A stretch of DNA of 61,793 bases, counting the filler. It is 7 parts of 7 records of this genome, joined end to end, with 100 filler letters (N's around TTAATTAATTAA, not from the genome) between each part and the next. Parts side by side here need not be neighbours in the genome. Positions count along the whole stretch, not along the records: positions 55,651 to 61,793 come from SRR31156797_7034; 6 more parts are not named here. One strand, given 5' to 3'. Of the stretch, positions 59,448 through 61,793 are shown one piece after another (position 1 is the first letter of the stretch; each line of letters opens with the position of its first letter). Below the pieces are notes generated by a model. The model was not told where the DNA came from and did not search any database. It was given only the letters and a program-made list of their open reading frames with translations. The translations under genes and the position numbers were made by a program.

Positions 59448-59540
59448 TTTTGCAAGTTTATGCACCCGATTGCATAAACTTGCAAAAAAGTTGAAATTTT
59501 AAAAGTATATTTTAATAGAACTTAATGCACCCGTGTGCAA
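59448..59540 (+). promoter_or_regulatory. Two LacI-type operators upstream of the GH13 gene, the first inside a 17-bp-arm inverted repeat
   Basis: ATGCACCCGATTGCAT (59460-59475) and ATGCACCCGTGTGCAA (59525-59540) match the reverse complement of the 58341 site. Confidence 0.75.
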
Positions 59541-59572
59541 AATTACTTAATTATACAAGGAGGCAAATAATA

Positions 59573-61255
59573 ATGGAAAGACAATGGTGGAAAGAAGGGG
59601 TTGTATATCAAATTTACCCTAGAAGTTTTAAAGATAGTACTGGTAGCGGTGTAGGTGATTGTAGAGGAATTATTGAGAAACTAGATTATTTAAAAGAATT
59701 AGGAGTTAATATTATTTGGCTAAATCCTGTGTATAAATCTCCAAATGATGATAATGGTTATGACATTAGTGATTATCAGGATATCATGGCTGAGTTTGGA
59801 ACTATGCAGGATTGGGAAGAACTATTAGAGGGACTTCATAAAAGAGGAATTAAATTACTGATGGATTTAGTGGTAAATCATTCATCAGATGAGCATCAAT
59901 GGTTTGTTGAATCAAAAAAATCAAAAGATAATGAGTACAGAGATTATTATATTTGGGAAGATCCTAAATATGATGAAGAGGGGAACAGAGTAGAGCCAAA
60001 TAACTGGAATTCTGTTTTCAGTGGTCCGGCATGGAAATATGATGAGACAACTGATCAGTATTATCTTCATATTTTCTCGAAAAAGCAACCAGATCTTAAC
60101 TGGGAAAATCCAAAATTAAGACAAGAGATTTATGACATGATGAACTGGTGGTTTGATAAAGGTGTAGACGGATTTAGAATGGATGTAATAAACATGATAT
60201 CTAAATATCCGGGCTTACCTGATTATAGAGATGACATTCCTTGGGAAGAGAATAAAACATTTATGAACGGACCGAGATTACATGAATTCCTAAAAGAGTT
60301 AAACAAAGAGGCTCTAGCAGGAAGAGATGTAATGACTGTTGGAGAATGTTTCGGAGTTAGTTTGGAGCAGGGACAGGATTTAGTTGGGAAAGATAGAAAA
60401 GAATTAGATATGATATTTCAAATGGACCATGTTTCACTTGGTGAAGGAAGCGGAGGAAAATGGGATGTTGTTGATTGGAAATTAAGTGATTTCAAAAAGA
60501 TTATTAGCAAATGGGATAAGGCATTAGCTGAAGCTAATGGTTGGGGAAGTCAGTTTTTGATGAATCATGATCAACCCAGATCAATATCTAAATTTGCAAA
60601 TGATAAAGAGTATAGAGTGGAAAGTGCTAAGATGCTGGCTACTTTCGTATTAACACTAAAAGGAACACCATATATCTACCAAGGTGAAGAGATAGGAATG
60701 ACAAATATCAAGATAGATGACATCAATGATTATAGAGATTTGGAGATACTGAATCATTTCAAAGAAGCAACAGCAAGAGGTGAAAGTTATGAGAAACTGA
60801 TGAAAGCTTATAACTACAAAGGAAGAGATAACTCAAGAACTCCAATGCAGTGGACTAGTGAAGAAAATGCCGGATTTACAAGTGGAACACCTTGGTTAAA
60901 AGTTAATCCGAATCATACTGAAATAAATGTTGAGAAGGCTCTAGAAGATAAAGATTCTATCTTCTATTATTTTAAAGATATGATTCAGTTTAGAAAAGAT
61001 AATTTAGACTTGGTTTATGGAGCATACGAACCTGTAATGGAAGAAAGTGAAGAGGTATTTGCTTATTTCAGAGCCGGTGAAGAGAATGAATTTTTTATTG
61101 CACTTAATTTTACTGAGAACTCTGTAGAATTAGAAGATTTAGATAGAATAAAGGCAAAAAAATGGGAATTAGTTAAATCAAACTATTCACTTGAAACAGA
61201 TGAGTTAGTAAATGCTTTGAAACCATATGAAGCAGTTGTATATAAGAAAAAATAA
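59573..61255 (+). CDS. malL: GH13 oligo-1,6-/alpha-glucosidase
   Basis: YQIYPRSF, DLVVNH, QPDLN, GFRMDVI, TVGE, NHD; AAGGAGG RBS. Confidence 0.9.
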   Translation: MERQWWKEGVVYQIYPRSFKDSTGSGVGDCRGIIEKLDYLKELGVNIIWLNPVYKSPNDDNGYDISDYQDIMAEFGTMQDWEELLEGLHKRGIKLLMDLVVNHSSDEHQWFVESKKSKDNEYRDYYIWEDPKYDEEGNRVEPNNWNSVFSGPAWKYDETTDQYYLHIFSKKQPDLNWENPKLRQEIYDMMNWWFDKGVDGFRMDVINMISKYPGLPDYRDDIPWEENKTFMNGPRLHEFLKELNKEALAGRDVMTVGECFGVSLEQGQDLVGKDRKELDMIFQMDHVSLGEGSGGKWDVVDWKLSDFKKIISKWDKALAEANGWGSQFLMNHDQPRSISKFANDKEYRVESAKMLATFVLTLKGTPYIYQGEEIGMTNIKIDDINDYRDLEILNHFKEATARGESYEKLMKAYNYKGRDNSRTPMQWTSEENAGFTSGTPWLKVNPNHTEINVEKALEDKDSIFYYFKDMIQFRKDNLDLVYGAYEPVMEESEEVFAYFRAGEENEFFIALNFTENSVELEDLDRIKAKKWELVKSNYSLETDELVNALKPYEAVVYKKK

Positions 61256-61464
61256 AAAAATGCTTAAGTGAAATATAAATAGAGAAAAGGGGTTGAAGTT
61301 TAACTCCTTTTTTTTGAAAACTTAAAAATATTTTTGCTCTGAAATTCTAATAATTACGTATGTTTTGACAAAGTAGTGTATTATTTTAGAATAAAGTGCT
61401 TGAAAAAAATAGAGAATTGCAGTATACTTTACTTACTTGAATAAGTCTATATTTTTTTACGCAT

Positions 61465-61484
61465 CCTTGAAACCGGTTTCAAGG
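61465..61484. promoter_or_regulatory. Perfect 20-bp palindrome resembling a LacI-family operator
   Basis: CCTTGAAACCGGTTTCAAGG upstream of the transaldolase gene. Confidence 0.55.
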
Positions 61485-61672
61485 GGCGTGAAATAAAAAT
61501 AAATTAAAAAAATTTATATGAGAATTAATTAAGTATGATGAAAATATAATAAATTTACGGGAAATAACGTTAATATAATAATCGTTAAACCGTCGATGAT
61601 TGAAAAATAAATCTTTTTTCAATCGATTATATTGACGTTATACCTTTAAAAAAATTTATATGAGGTGAAGTA

Positions 61673-61793
61673 ATGAAAATATTTATCGACACAGCTAACG
61701 TAGCAGATATCAAAAAAGCAAATGACATGGGAGTTATTTGTGGAGTAACAACTAATCCATCTTTAATTGCAAAAGAAGGAAGAGACTTCAAAG
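61673..61793 (+). CDS. Transaldolase / fructose-6-phosphate aldolase family, N-terminus (truncated)
   Basis: [49 protein letters not shown]. Confidence 0.92.
   Translation, partial: MKIFIDTANVADIKKANDMGVICGVTTNPSLIAKEGRDFK

Noticed and set aside
1-61793. CRISPR arrays, rRNA, integrases, transposases, phage structural genes
   Set aside because: None recognised in any contig by eye.

Overview
The window is not one replicon. It is seven unrelated contigs joined by identical 100-nt spacers (44 N, TTAATTAATTAA, 44 N), so gene-neighbourhood arguments hold only within a contig. (1) 1-8965, AT-rich spore-former (Clostridia-like): two tandem GerAB-type germination permeases, a Lon protease C-terminal remnant, a lipoprotein, and a collagen-like (GXT-repeat) gene followed by three GT2-TPR glycosyltransferases, one fused to a SAM methyltransferase. 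(2) 9066-22071, Bacteroidota: type III glutamine synthetase (partial), YebC, a large outer-membrane protein, a gingipain-like C25 T9SS protease, an orphan secreted protein and a dGTPase. (3) 22172-28098, probably Desulfobacterota: NUDIX fragment, tRNA-Arg(CCT) with att-like flanking repeats, lipoprotein, YVTN propeller with a CFI C-terminus, S8 subtilase. (4) 28199-37419, probably Desulfobacterota: ABC-type ATPase plus DUF4276/TOPRIM-like pair (candidate defence), a Na+-pumping methylmalonyl-CoA decarboxylase set and methylmalonyl-CoA mutase. (5) 37520-45555, Bacteroidota: receiver domain, CheR, CheB, T9SS propeller protein, flavodoxin, epimerase. (6) 45656-55550, Desulfobacterota: a heterodisulfide-reductase-like operon, a YcaO-TPR protein and a Gld-like ABC system. 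(7) 55651-61793, AT-rich anaerobe: M42 and M24 peptidases, LacI with visible operators, GH13 glucosidase, transaldolase start. The strongest signal is the contig 6 Hdr operon: an HdrA missed by the ORF track has an in-frame TGA at a conserved Cys followed by a SECIS-like hairpin (selenoprotein), and its partner fuses a cytochrome b, a CxxCH heme-c loop and four Fe-S motifs. Taxonomy and family calls come from motif recognition by eye; no searches were run.
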